Shown here: one piece after another, positions 26,477 to 38,508 of the stretch
How the letters are laid out: every line of letters begins with the position of its first letter
Numbering within the stretch: the stretch's first letter is position 1
The notes under the pieces: model-generated
Told to the model about the DNA's origin: nothing
What the model saw: only the letters and a program-made list of their open reading frames with translations
Databases searched by the model: none
Program-made: the position numbers and the translations under genes
DNA from: Gemmatimonadales bacterium
Lineage (GTDB): Bacteria > Gemmatimonadota > Gemmatimonadetes > Gemmatimonadales > JACORV01
NCBI GenBank assembly: GCA_035623755.1
Contig: DASPSV010000110.1
Span: 1-61,422 of the forward strand
Direction of reading: 5' to 3'
Length of the DNA: 61,422 nucleotides

Positions 26477-27363
26477 CTAGGCCGTGCGCTTCGCGGGCGC
26501 GGCGCGGTCGGCGACCACCTGGCCGCCCCAGTCCAGGATCAGGCGCGCCAGCTCGGCCTGGCTGGCGAGCGCGGTGGCCTGGTGGTCGGAGTCCGGAATG
26601 AACTCCACCGGGACGCGGTCCCCGATCCCGAAAGGCGCGAGCGTGTCCCGGAACTGGTTCTTGTAGTTGTAATGCCGGATCTCGCCGCCCGAGTAGATCA
26701 TGCCGAGCCTCACGCCGCGGTCGAGCAGCACCTTCAGCCCGTCCGCGAACACCTCCTTGGTCGGGATGAAGTTCACGCGCCCGAGCTCCGGCACCGGGTG
26801 CTCGGCGGCCGTCTTGCCCTCGGGCGCCCGGCGCCGGGTGCCCGCACCCTGGAGCGCGCGGCGGAGGAAGCCCGCGACGCGGCCCAGGAGGTGCGGCTGC
26901 CGCAGCGCCTTCAGATAGTGGAAGAGGTGGGTCTTGAGGGTCGGGTAGCGGTAGGCGTCGAACATCAGCAGGCCCGCCACGCGCTCGTCCGCCAGCGCCG
27001 CCGCGTAGCCGTGGTAGGCGCCGGAGCAGTGCCCGAAGATCGCGAACCGGTCGAGGTGCGCCGCGGCGCCGAGGGCGTCCATGGCCGCCCGCACGTCCAC
27101 CACGGCCTGCGCCTCGAACGAGTGCTGGCCGGTGAGCCGGGCGCTGTCGCCGTGGCCCGCCAGGTCGAACCGGATGACCGGGATCCCGCGCGCCGCCAGC
27201 TGGCGGGACAGGCGCACGTTGAAGCGGTGCGGCCCGACGCGGTGCACGACCCCCGCGTTGAACAGCAGGATCCCGACGCCGGCGGGCGCGCCGCCCGGCG
27301 TGTCCGGCAGCACGACCGTGCCCACGAGGCCGTCGTCGGCGCCGAAGGTGACCGACCGCTCGA

Positions 27364-27367
<4 letters not shown>
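26477..27367 (-). CDS. Alpha/beta-hydrolase fold protein with a Cys at the nucleophile elbow (GHCSG)
   Basis: Last 296 codons of tracked ORF 26477..30061(-). The ATG at 27367 overlaps the upstream stop (ATGA). 'ILLFNAG...HR', 'IRFDLAGHGDS', elbow 'AIFGHCSGA' (Cys114), C-terminal 'IPDSDHQ'. It resembles the exosortase-locus 'hydrolase 1' class. Confidence 0.75.
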
Positions 27368-30098
<2,731 letters not shown>

Positions 30099-30111
<13 letters not shown>

Positions 30112-31250
30112 GCGATGAGCTCCTTCATGGTCTCGTTCGTGCCGGCGTAGATCCGCTGCACGCGGCTGTCGGCCCACATCCGCGCGATCGCGTACTCGGT
30201 CATGTACCCGTAGCCGCCGTGCAGCTGCACGCACTCGTCCACGACCCGGCACTGGCAGTCCGTCATCCAGTACTTCGCCAGCGCGGCGCCGGTGTCGTCC
30301 AGCGTCCCGGCGATGAAGCGCCCGACGCAGTCGTCCACGAACACGCGGCCCACGCGGACCTGGGCCGCGCACTCGACCAGCTTGAAGCGCGCGTTCTGGA
30401 GGTCGAACAGCGGCTTGCCGTAGAGGCTCCGCTCCTTCGCGTAGCGGACGGTGACGGCCACCGCCTCCTCCGCCGTCGCCGCGGCGACCACCGCGATCGA
30501 CAGCCGCTCGAAGGGCAGCCGCTGCATCATCTGCGACATGCCGCGGCCCTCGGCGGGCCCGAGCAGGTTGGCGGCCGGCACGCGCACGTTCTCGAAGAAC
30601 AGCTCGCAGGTGTCCTGGCCGTGCATCCCCACCTTCTCGAGCGGCTTGCCGACGCTGAAGCCGCGCAGGTCCTTCGTCTCGACCATCACCAGCGAGATCG
30701 ACCGCATCGGCGGCGCCGAGGGGTTGGTCTTCACGGCCACGCCGACGAGGCCGGCCATCCAGCCGTTGGTGATCATCGTCTTGGAGCCGTTGATCACCCA
30801 GGCGTCGCCGTCCCGCACCGCCGTGGTCTTGATGCCGGCGAGGTCGGAGCCCGCCGCCGGCTCCGTCATCGCGATCGCGCCGACCAGCTCGCCGCGCGCC
30901 ATGCGCGGCAGCCAGGCGCGCCGCTGCTCGTCGGTGCCGAACGCGTGGACGTAGTGCGCCACCGTCCCGTGCACGTTGGAGCCGAAGTGCACGCCCGCGT
31001 GGGCCAGCTCCTCCAGCACCACGCACTCGTGCGCGAACGTGCCGCCGCCCCCGCCCGCATCCTCGGGGAGGTCGGGGAGCAGCAGGCCCACCGCGCCCGC
31101 CTTCTGCCAGTCGGAGGCGTCGGGATGGTGCTGCTCGCGCCAGTGGGCCTGGCGCGGCACGAACTCCTCCTGGATGAACCGGCGGACGCTGTCCCGGTAC
31201 AGGCGCAGCTCGTCGTTCATCCACGGAGACTCGTACACGGACGACGTCAT
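30099..31250 (-). CDS. Acyl-CoA dehydrogenase family flavoprotein
   Basis: 'GAIAMTEPAAGSDLAGIKTTA', 'INGSKTMITNG' and 'VQLHGGYGYMTEYAIARMWADSRVQRIYAGTNETMKELIA'. 383 aa. Confidence 0.9.
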
Positions 31251-31310
31251 GGTCTTCTCTCGGCTATCTGAATCGCGCGCGGGAGCCGTGGCTCGCCGCG
31301 CGGAGGGGGG

Positions 31311-32168
31311 CTATGCGCATTCCCGTCCTCGGCGCGGCTCGCGGCGCGCCGGCTCCCCGGCCTCGCGCCGCCCCGTCCGCCCCGCATCCATGGACTGCAC
31401 CACGGCCGCGAGCAGCTCCCACGGCCGCCACCGAATCTCCGCCCCGCGGGCGTCCACCGCCACGGCGCCGATGTAGCCCGGCGCCGGCCGCACCGCCCGC
31501 AGCGTGTAGCGCCCGGGCGCGTCCGCCGCGTCGTCCACCCGCAGCAGCCGGAACGGCTCGCCCGGCACCAGCGTCACGTCGAACGAGTCGAGCGGCCGCG
31601 CGAGCCCTTCGCCGAGCACCTTGAGGAAGGCCTCCTTGCGCGTCCAGCCCGCGAAGGCCGCCTGCAGCCGCTGCGGTCCCGCGACGGCCTCGAGCGCCAG
31701 GCGCTCGGCCGGCGAGAAGCAATGGTCCGCCAGGGCGCGGAGGCTGCCGATCTCCCGCACCCGCTCCACGTCCACGCCCACCTCGTGGGTGCGACTCACC
31801 GCCACGAGCGCGAGCCCGTCCGCGTGGGTGAGGTTGAACCGCGGGCCCTCAGGGTCGGCCAGCCGCGGCTTCCCGCCGGGGCCGTCCTCGAACGCCACGT
31901 CCTCGGGCCGCTGGCCCGTGTACCCCGAGAGCACCACGCGCAGCAGGCCGTGCGCGGCCACCCAGCGACGGCGATAGGCCGCAGCCTCGAACCGCCGCGC
32001 GCGGACGACCTCCGCGTCCGACAGGAGCGACTCCAGCCGCTCCTGCGTCTCCCGCTCCAGATCGAGCTGGAGCGTCCAGACGTGAACCTCGCCGTCCCGG
32101 AGCAGGCACGCGGCTCCGCCGTGGCGGAACGCCGCGATGCCGCTGTCGATGCCGTGCCTGGCAGTCAT
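31311..32168 (-). CDS. 4'-phosphopantetheinyl transferase (Sfp type)
   Basis: 'GPGGKPRL', 'FNLTHADGLALVAV', 'VGVDVERV' and 'WTRKEAFLKVLG'. ATG at 32168 is chosen; the tracked ORF begins 13 codons upstream. Confidence 0.8.
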   Translation of the reverse strand: MTARHGIDSGIAAFRHGGAACLLRDGEVHVWTLQLDLERETQERLESLLSDAEVVRARRFEAAAYRRRWVAAHGLLRVVLSGYTGQRPEDVAFEDGPGGKPRLADPEGPRFNLTHADGLALVAVSRTHEVGVDVERVREIGSLRALADHCFSPAERLALEAVAGPQRLQAAFAGWTRKEAFLKVLGEGLARPLDSFDVTLVPGEPFRLLRVDDAADAPGRYTLRAVRPAPGYIGAVAVDARGAEIRWRPWELLAAVVQSMDAGRTGRREAGEPARREPRRGRECA

Positions 32169-32340
32169 GGAGCCTCGACCGGTGTGGTCGGGACGTCCTC
32201 TGCGCAAGAAGCGCGCACCCGGACGGGCTGGCGCGGAGCGAAACGTAAGTGGCTCGGAGCCAATGTGCTACGCCGCACCCGGCCGCCGGCGACCCTGCGG
32301 CGCCGTCGCGCGGGCGTTGCGGAGGCGCCACAACGATTCG

Positions 32341-33525
32341 TCAGTTGGCGGTCAGCCAGGACTCGAGCCGGTCGAGGTCCGCCTCGCCGAGGAGCCCGTG
32401 CGTCGGCAGCGTGATCAGCCGCTCGGCCAGCGTGCGCGCTCCCGGGAACGGCGCCTCGAGGTTCACCACGCGTCCGGTGAAGCCGGGCAGGTCGCACAGC
32501 GCCAGCGGGTAGCCGGGCATGATGCCGAGCGCGCGCGCCGCCGGCGACACGGCGGCCTCCCGGGCCGCCGGGGCGGCGACGAACGGCAGCCGCAGCCAGC
32601 CGGCCACGCCGCGCGCCGGCACCCGGACCGGCACGAGGCTCGGGCCGTGCCGCTCGAGCAGGCGGCCGGCGTTGGCGCGCCGGATCTCGGCTTCCTCGTC
32701 GCCCAAGGGCAGCGTGACCGACAGCGCGCGCGCGGCCACCGCGCTCATCGCACCGGCCGGCTGTGGAGGGTGGTACACGGTCTCGCCCAGCCTGAGGAAC
32801 GGCAGCGCGGAGGGAATCGCGTACAGCGACGGGCGGCCGAGGAGCCACTGGGCGACGAGCTGCACCAGCTCCTTGAGGCCGCCGCTCGCGGCCGGCCCGC
32901 CGGCCCGCGCGCGCGCGAGGATCGCGCGGCCGCGCTCGCCGCCCGCCACGAGGGCGCCGCCCCGGCCGCCGGTATTGCCCTTGCCGCGCCCGAAGCTCAG
33001 CACGGCGACGTCGCCGAACGCACCGAGGGGCCGGCCGCCGAAGCCGGCGCCGGCCCCCTGCGCCGCGTCCTCGATCACCACCGCGCGCGCGGTCCGGGCC
33101 GCCGCCAGGACCGGCTCCGGGTCCACCGGCACGCCGTAGAGGTGCACCAGCACGACGGCGCGCGCCCCGGCCGCGAGCGCCCGCCCGAGCGAGGCCGTGT
33201 CGGGGGCGAGGGTGGCGGGATCCACGTCGTACAGGATCACGGGGGCGTCCGCGCCGTCCGCCGCGGTGGCGATGTCGTAGCAGGCGTAGGCCGGGAGGGC
33301 GACGCGGGCGTCGCGCTCGCCGGCGAGCGACGCGCGGATCGCGAGGGTGAGCGCGGCGGTGCCGCTGTCCGTGAGGACGACCTCGGCGCCGGCGAACGAC
33401 CGCCGCAGCGCCTCCTCGAGGCGATCGCGCGCCGCGCCGCCGCCGGAGAGGAGGCCCGCCGCTCCCGCCCCCACCGCCGCGAGCGGCAGCGGCGAGTAGG
33501 CGGGGAGCTGCCGGCGCCAGCTCAC
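32341..33525 (-). CDS. DegT/DnrJ/EryC1/StrS-family PLP-dependent aminotransferase
   Basis: Last 394 codons of tracked ORF 32341..33702(-). The GTG at 33525 overlaps the FemAB-like stop (GTGA). 'VVLTDSGTAALTLAI', 'VIEDAAQGAGA' and 'VLSFGRGKGNTGG' (PLP lysine). Confidence 0.8.
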   Translation of the reverse strand: MSWRRQLPAYSPLPLAAVGAGAAGLLSGGGAARDRLEEALRRSFAGAEVVLTDSGTAALTLAIRASLAGERDARVALPAYACYDIATAADGADAPVILYDVDPATLAPDTASLGRALAAGARAVVLVHLYGVPVDPEPVLAAARTARAVVIEDAAQGAGAGFGGRPLGAFGDVAVLSFGRGKGNTGGRGGALVAGGERGRAILARARAGGPAASGGLKELVQLVAQWLLGRPSLYAIPSALPFLRLGETVYHPPQPAGAMSAVAARALSVTLPLGDEEAEIRRANAGRLLERHGPSLVPVRVPARGVAGWLRLPFVAAPAAREAAVSPAARALGIMPGYPLALCDLPGFTGRVVNLEAPFPGARTLAERLITLPTHGLLGEADLDRLESWLTAN

Positions 33526-34568
33526 GGAATGCCGCGGACGATGCGCGGCCCGAGCGCGGTCGCCAGCGGGACCGGCAGCCGGGCCCACAGCTTCGGCCCC
33601 CAGGCGTAGGCGCCGTCGTCGGGCGAGGGCGTGTGCGCATCGCCGCCCCGCCCCCCGGCGGCGCGCTGGTACCAGTGCAGCGGCACGTCGCGCCCGCCCC
33701 ACTGCAGCTTGAACTTGTGGGTGCCGCTCCCGGGCGAGCAGCGGCCGAAGTTGAACAGCGTCAGCCGCTCCTCAGCGGCCCGCTCGATGAACGCCCAGTA
33801 GAGGGCCATGTTGGGCGAGAGCTTGTTGTACGCGACCAGCGCCGAGGCCCACGTCATCTCGAGCTCGCCGTTCCAGCGGAAGCCGGCGCCGCAGGCGATC
33901 GGCACGTCGCCCAGGTACGCGCACGCGAACCACGCGTCGTCGCCGAACTCGTCGGCGATCGCCTCGAACAGGGCGCGCGGCTGCGTCGGCGTGCCGAGGT
34001 CGCGCATGTGGCGCGCGAACACCGCGAAGAACGGCGCGACCTGGTCGCGGCCGAACCGGACCGCGACCCCCTCCTTCGCCGGCCGCCGGACCTGGCTGCG
34101 CAGCTTGGCGGGGAACTTCGCGAACACGCCCTCCGGATTCCCGGGCGCGAGGTCCAGCACGACGGTGATCTTGCGGTGCGACACCGGCAGGTCGATCGCG
34201 AGCGGCTCGCGGCTCCTGAGCTCGAGCAGCTTCACCCCGTCGCGGTCCGCCAGCCGCACGGCCTCGTCCGCGAGCGCGCGCACCGCCTCCGCGCTCCCCA
34301 GCGGGCCGCCGTAGTTGAGGAACGGCATCGAGACGAGGTAGTGGCCGAACAGGCGGCTCTTCACGCGCACCAGCGGCAGCACGCCCTCGAGCCGGCCGCC
34401 GGCGCCGGTGGCCGCGAGGTAGAGGCACTCGTGGCCGTGGGTGCGCTCGATGACCCGCCTCCAGCCCCAGAGATGGAAGTGGGTCCAGCCGGACGCCGAG
34501 CGGACGAACGCGTCCCACGCCGCCCCCGCCCCCTCGCCGTCGAACGGGGCCACCACCGGACCGCTCAC
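33522..34568 (-). CDS. FemAB-family (GNAT-fold) acyl/aminoacyl transferase, PEP-CTERM-locus-like subtype
   Basis: Last 348 codons of tracked ORF 33522..35891(-). The GTG at 34568 overlaps the deacetylase stop (GTGA). 'WDAFV...THFHLWGWRRVIE', 'LVSMPFLNYGGPL', 'YWAFIERAAEE...FNFGRCSPGSGTHKFKLQWG'. Confidence 0.75.
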   Translation of the reverse strand: MSGPVVAPFDGEGAGAAWDAFVRSASGWTHFHLWGWRRVIERTHGHECLYLAATGAGGRLEGVLPLVRVKSRLFGHYLVSMPFLNYGGPLGSAEAVRALADEAVRLADRDGVKLLELRSREPLAIDLPVSHRKITVVLDLAPGNPEGVFAKFPAKLRSQVRRPAKEGVAVRFGRDQVAPFFAVFARHMRDLGTPTQPRALFEAIADEFGDDAWFACAYLGDVPIACGAGFRWNGELEMTWASALVAYNKLSPNMALYWAFIERAAEERLTLFNFGRCSPGSGTHKFKLQWGGRDVPLHWYQRAAGGRGGDAHTPSPDDGAYAWGPKLWARLPVPLATALGPRIVRGIP

Positions 34569-35416
34569 GCCGCCGCGGCTCCCGCGGCGCGGAGCCCCTC
34601 CGCCACGCTCGTGAACCGGAACTCGGCCACGAGGCGCTCGAGGCGCCGGAAGGTGCCCGCGAGGCCGCCGTAGTGACGGACGCGGGTGAGGAACGGCACC
34701 GCGAACCGCGGCTGCCCCGGGTCGATCTCCCACGGATGGAGATAGAAGGTCCCCGGCTGCCCGCGCCGCTCGGCGTCGCGCAGCGCGGCGCGTACCAGCA
34801 GCGGCGGCAGCAGGCGGAAGTATGCGCCGCCGGCGGCGGGCAGGTTCAGGCCCGCGCGGCGCAGCGTGGTGGGCGGCACCTCGAGCAGCCGGCCCGCGGG
34901 ACGGTCGAGCCAGTACGGGTCGCGCCCGCCGCCCGCGTAGCCGTAGCCGGGCCGCGTGATCGGGAAGAGGGACGAGTCGTAGCGGTAGCCTTCCTCGACG
35001 AGGACGTCGAGCGCCCACTCCCATCCCGGGACGATCGAGTAGTTCGGCGCGCGGTAGCCGACGCACGGCTGGCCGGCCAGTTCCTCGAGCGCCGCCTTGC
35101 TGCGCCGGACCTGGTCGCGGAACTCCTGCGGCGTCAGCTCCACGACGCGGCGGTGGTCCCAGCCGTGGGAGGCGAGCTCGTGGCCCGCGGCGGCGATGGC
35201 CTTGACCATCGCCGGCTGCCGCTCCGCCACCCAGCCGAGGGTGAAGAAGGTGCCGGTCGCGCCGTGCCGGGCGAGCAGCTCGAGCAGGCGGTCCACGTTG
35301 CGCGCCACCCGGCTCTCGAGCCCGTCCCAGCGCTCGCGCGCCACCCACGGCGCGAGCGCGCGCACCTGGAAGTGCTCCTCGACGTCGACGGTGAAGTAGT
35401 GGCGGATCACGGCCAA
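34565..35416 (-). CDS. Polysaccharide deacetylase (CE4), exosortase/PEP-CTERM-locus-like subtype
   Basis: 'YFTVDVEEHFQV', 'GTFFTLGWVAE', 'HELASHGWDH', 'GYRAPNYSI' and 'AGGAYFRLLP'. 283 aa. First gene of the long minus-strand operon. Confidence 0.85.
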   Translation of the reverse strand: MAVIRHYFTVDVEEHFQVRALAPWVARERWDGLESRVARNVDRLLELLARHGATGTFFTLGWVAERQPAMVKAIAAAGHELASHGWDHRRVVELTPQEFRDQVRRSKAALEELAGQPCVGYRAPNYSIVPGWEWALDVLVEEGYRYDSSLFPITRPGYGYAGGGRDPYWLDRPAGRLLEVPPTTLRRAGLNLPAAGGAYFRLLPPLLVRAALRDAERRGQPGTFYLHPWEIDPGQPRFAVPFLTRVRHYGGLAGTFRRLERLVAEFRFTSVAEGLRAAGAAAA

Positions 35417-35477
35417 AGTCTACAGGCGTGGCGCGCGGCACGCCACCGCCGCGCGGCGCCGGAGCGCGGGGACGTGA

Positions 35478-35507
35478 TTGACCGGTCTCGGGGGGCCCAA
35501 GCATACT
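35478..35507 (+). promoter_or_regulatory. Candidate sigma-70-type promoter for the plus-strand operon starting at 35542
   Basis: TTGACC (35478-83), an 18-nt spacer, then CATACT (35502-07), about 35 nt upstream of the GTG at 35542 in the 125-bp divergent intergenic region. Pattern match only. Confidence 0.3.
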
Positions 35508-35541
35508 TGAGGCCCGACGTTCCCTCGACACCCGGAGTCCC

Positions 35542-36216
35542 GTGGCGCGCCCGACCCGATCGCCTGCTCCGCTGCCGCTGACCCTGCCCCATCGCGGCCG
35601 ATTGAAGGTGCTGTGCCTCGGCGCGCATCCCGACGACATCGAGATCGGGTGCGGCGCGACCGTCCTCGACCTGGTGCGCCAGGGCGCGGACGTCCGGTGG
35701 GCGGTCTTCAGCGGCAACGACCGCCGCGCGGACGAAGCGGCCCGCAGCGCGCGCGCGTTCCTGGGCCGGGACGCGGCGCGGCGGCTGGTGCAGCACCGGT
35801 TCCGCGACGCGCACTTCCCCGCGCACTTCACGGCGATCAAGGAAGCGTGCGAGGCGCTGGCGGCGCGCTTCGCGCCCGACCTCGTCTTCACGCACTACCG
35901 CGACGACCGCCACCAGGACCACCGCGTCCTGTCGGACCTCGCGTGGAACACCTTCCGGCGCCAGGTCGTCGCCGAGTACGAGATCCCCAAGTGGGACGGC
36001 GACCTGTCCACGCCCAACCTGTACGTGCCGGCGGCCGCCGCCACGGCGCGGCGCAAGGTGCGGCTGCTGATGGGCGCGTTCGCCAGCCAGCGCTCGCGGG
36101 ACTGGTTCGGCGAGGACGTCTTCCTCGGGCTGATGCGGCTGCGCGGAATGGAGTGCCGCGCGCCCTCCGGCTTCGCCGAGGCGTTCTTCGGGCGCAAGCT
36201 GGTGTTCCACCCGTGA
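35542..36216 (+). CDS. PIG-L/LmbE-family N-acetylglucosaminyl deacetylase
   Basis: 'LCLGAHPDDIEIGCG' and 'HYRDDRHQDH', the zinc-binding signature of the PIG-L family. Confidence 0.85.
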   Translation: MARPTRSPAPLPLTLPHRGRLKVLCLGAHPDDIEIGCGATVLDLVRQGADVRWAVFSGNDRRADEAARSARAFLGRDAARRLVQHRFRDAHFPAHFTAIKEACEALAARFAPDLVFTHYRDDRHQDHRVLSDLAWNTFRRQVVAEYEIPKWDGDLSTPNLYVPAAAATARRKVRLLMGAFASQRSRDWFGEDVFLGLMRLRGMECRAPSGFAEAFFGRKLVFHP

Positions 36217-36399
36217 GGTGAGCCGGCGACGCGATCGGCGCGGCGTCCCGCGTCCGCGCGCTGTCGCGGGGGCGCCACGAGTGTGGCGACGTCCGGCACC
36301 GCCGCGCGCGCCGCACGGCGGCCTGGGCCGGGAACGATTCCTGCATGACCCCCTCCTCGATCGTTCGCCGATTCCCCTGCGCGCGGGAAGGTGGCAGGC

Positions 36400-37308
36400 A
36401 TGACTGACGCGGCCGGAGGCGCGCGAGGGCGGCCCCTGGTGTCGATCGGCGTCCCGGTCTACAACTCGGAGCGCTACCTCGCGCGCGCGCTCGACTCGCT
36501 GCTCGGCCAGTCGCTGACCGACTTCGAGCTGATCGTCTCCGACAACGCGTCGCGGGACGGCACCGTGGCGATCGCCGAGCGGTACGCTGCGGCCGACCCG
36601 CGGGTGCGCGTGATCCGCCAGCCCAGGAACATCGGGGCGGCGCGGAACTGGAACGCGGTGGCGCTCGCGGCCCGCGGCACGTTCTTCACCTGGGCCTCGG
36701 GCAACGACACCCGCGCGCCGACGATGCTCGCGCAGTGCGCCGCCGTGCTGCAGGCCGACCCGGGCGTCGTGCTGTGCTACGGGCGCACCCAGCTGGTGGA
36801 CGAGCACGACCGGCCGTTCGAGCTGTACGCGCGGGATCTGGCCGTCGAGGACCCGCGGGCCGCCGAACGATTCGAGCGGGTGTGCCGCGAGATGGCGCTC
36901 AACAACGCCCAGTGCGGCCTGATGCGGCTCGACGTGCTGCGCCGCACCGCGCTCGACCGGCCGTATCCGGCGGGCGACGTCGCGCTGATGGCCGAGCTGG
37001 CGCTGTACGGGAAGTTCCGGCTGCTGCCCGACGCGCTGCTGTACCGGCGCCAGAGTCCCGGCGCGTTCTCGCTGCTGCTCTCGCCGCTGGAGCGGCGCCG
37101 CTTCCACGACCCGGAGGCGACCGCGCCGCTCAGGCTGGTCCGGGTGCGCCACCACGCGGACCACCTGCGCAGCATCCTCCGCGCCCCGCTGCCGCCGGGC
37201 GAGAAGCTCCGGACGGCGGCGGTGGCGCTGCGGCTGGCCCGCTGGGAGCGGGTGCACGTGTGGCACGAGCTGCGCTCGCTGCTGGGGGGGCCGCCGGACG
37301 CGGCCTGA
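36400..37308 (+). CDS. Family-2 glycosyltransferase
   Basis: 'VSIGVPVYNSERYLARALDSLLGQSLTDFELIVSDNASRDGT'. ATG at 36400 is chosen (AAGGTGG upstream); the tracked ORF starts at GTG 36391. Confidence 0.85.
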   Translation: MTDAAGGARGRPLVSIGVPVYNSERYLARALDSLLGQSLTDFELIVSDNASRDGTVAIAERYAAADPRVRVIRQPRNIGAARNWNAVALAARGTFFTWASGNDTRAPTMLAQCAAVLQADPGVVLCYGRTQLVDEHDRPFELYARDLAVEDPRAAERFERVCREMALNNAQCGLMRLDVLRRTALDRPYPAGDVALMAELALYGKFRLLPDALLYRRQSPGAFSLLLSPLERRRFHDPEATAPLRLVRVRHHADHLRSILRAPLPPGEKLRTAAVALRLARWERVHVWHELRSLLGGPPDAA

Positions 37309-37344
37309 GCGCGGCGGACCCCGCGGACCGCGGCCGCGCCAGGC

Positions 37345-37372
37345 TTGCACGGGGACCGCCGATTGGTACAAT
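37345..37372 (+). promoter_or_regulatory. Candidate sigma-70 promoter with extended -10 upstream of the NDP-sugar operon
   Basis: TTGCAC (37345-50), a 16-nt spacer ending in TGG, then TACAAT (37367-72). It lies 27 nt upstream of the ATG at 37399 in a locally AT-richer 90-bp gap. Confidence 0.45.
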
Positions 37373-37398
37373 GAAGGACCCAAGGGGCCCGACGACCG

Positions 37399-38508
37399 AT
37401 GGAGAGCCTCGAACACCTGCTGGACACGGACCTCGAGTACCTCTGCGCCAACGCCCGCGAGGCGTTCGGCCGCATGGAGGGGAAGCGCCTGCTGCTCACC
37501 GGCGGCGCCGGCTTCCTCGGCTACTACCTGGTCCTCGCCGTGCGGCACTGGAACCGCCACCACGCCCGGGCGCCGATCGCGCTCGAGGTGTGGGACAACT
37601 TCATCCGCGGCCGGCCCGAGTGGCTCACCGCGCTCGCGGGCGAGCCGCACCTCGCCGTCCGCACGGTGGACCTGATCCGGCCGCTGCCCGCCGACATGGG
37701 CGACGTCCAGTTCGTCATCCACGCGGCCGGCATCGCCTCGCCGACCTACTACCGGCGCTATCCCATCGAGACGATGGACGCGAACATCAACGGGCTGCGC
37801 GCACTGCTCGACTACAGCCGCGCGCGCCAGGCGGCGCCGGACCCGGTCGAGGGCTTCCTGTTCTTCTCGAGCAGCGAGATCTACGGGGACCCGCCCGCCG
37901 ACAAGATCCCGACCTCGGAGGACTACCGCGGCAACGTGTCCTGCACCGGGCCGCGCGCGTGCTACGACGAGTCGAAGCGCTACGGCGAGACGCTGTGCGT
38001 GAACTTCGCGCGCCAGCACGGGGTGCCGGTGCGGTGCGCGCGCCCTTTCAACAACTACGGCCCCGGCCTCAAGATCACGGACCGCCGGCTGCTGCCGGAC
38101 TTCGCCCGCGACGTGTTCGCGGGCCGCGACATCGTCATGCTCTCCGACGGCTCGCCCACCCGCACGTTCTGCTACAGCGCCGACTCGATCATGGGCTACT
38201 ACAAGGTGCTGGTGCAGGGGCGCGCCGGCGAGGCGTACAACATCGGCATCGACCGGCCCGAGATCTCGGTGGCCGAGGTGGCCGAGAAGGTGGTGGCGCT
38301 CGCGCGGGACCTCATCGGCTACCAGGGCAAGGTGGTCCGCGGCGCCGCCCAGGAGAAGGACTACCTCGTGGACAATCCCGCGCGCCGCTGCCCCAGGATC
38401 GACAAGGCGCGGAGCGAACTGGACTACCATCCGACGGTGCTGGTGGACGAGGGCCTGCGCCGGGCGATGGTCTGGTACAGCTACCACCGGACGGCGGAGG
38501 ACGCCTAA
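37399..38508 (+). CDS. NAD-dependent NDP-sugar epimerase/dehydratase (SDR; UDP-glucuronate decarboxylase-like)
   Basis: 'LLLTGGAGFLGYYL' Rossmann motif. 'FFSSSEIYGDP'. 'YDESKRYGE' (YxxxK). 'RPFNNYGPG'. Confidence 0.85.
   Translation: MESLEHLLDTDLEYLCANAREAFGRMEGKRLLLTGGAGFLGYYLVLAVRHWNRHHARAPIALEVWDNFIRGRPEWLTALAGEPHLAVRTVDLIRPLPADMGDVQFVIHAAGIASPTYYRRYPIETMDANINGLRALLDYSRARQAAPDPVEGFLFFSSSEIYGDPPADKIPTSEDYRGNVSCTGPRACYDESKRYGETLCVNFARQHGVPVRCARPFNNYGPGLKITDRRLLPDFARDVFAGRDIVMLSDGSPTRTFCYSADSIMGYYKVLVQGRAGEAYNIGIDRPEISVAEVAEKVVALARDLIGYQGKVVRGAAQEKDYLVDNPARRCPRIDKARSELDYHPTVLVDEGLRRAMVWYSYHRTAEDA

Noticed and set aside
36332-36366. Inverted repeat GAACGAT-N21-ATCGTTC upstream of the GT2 gene at 36400
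   Set aside because: It has short arms and a long spacer. It is unsupported without comparative data.
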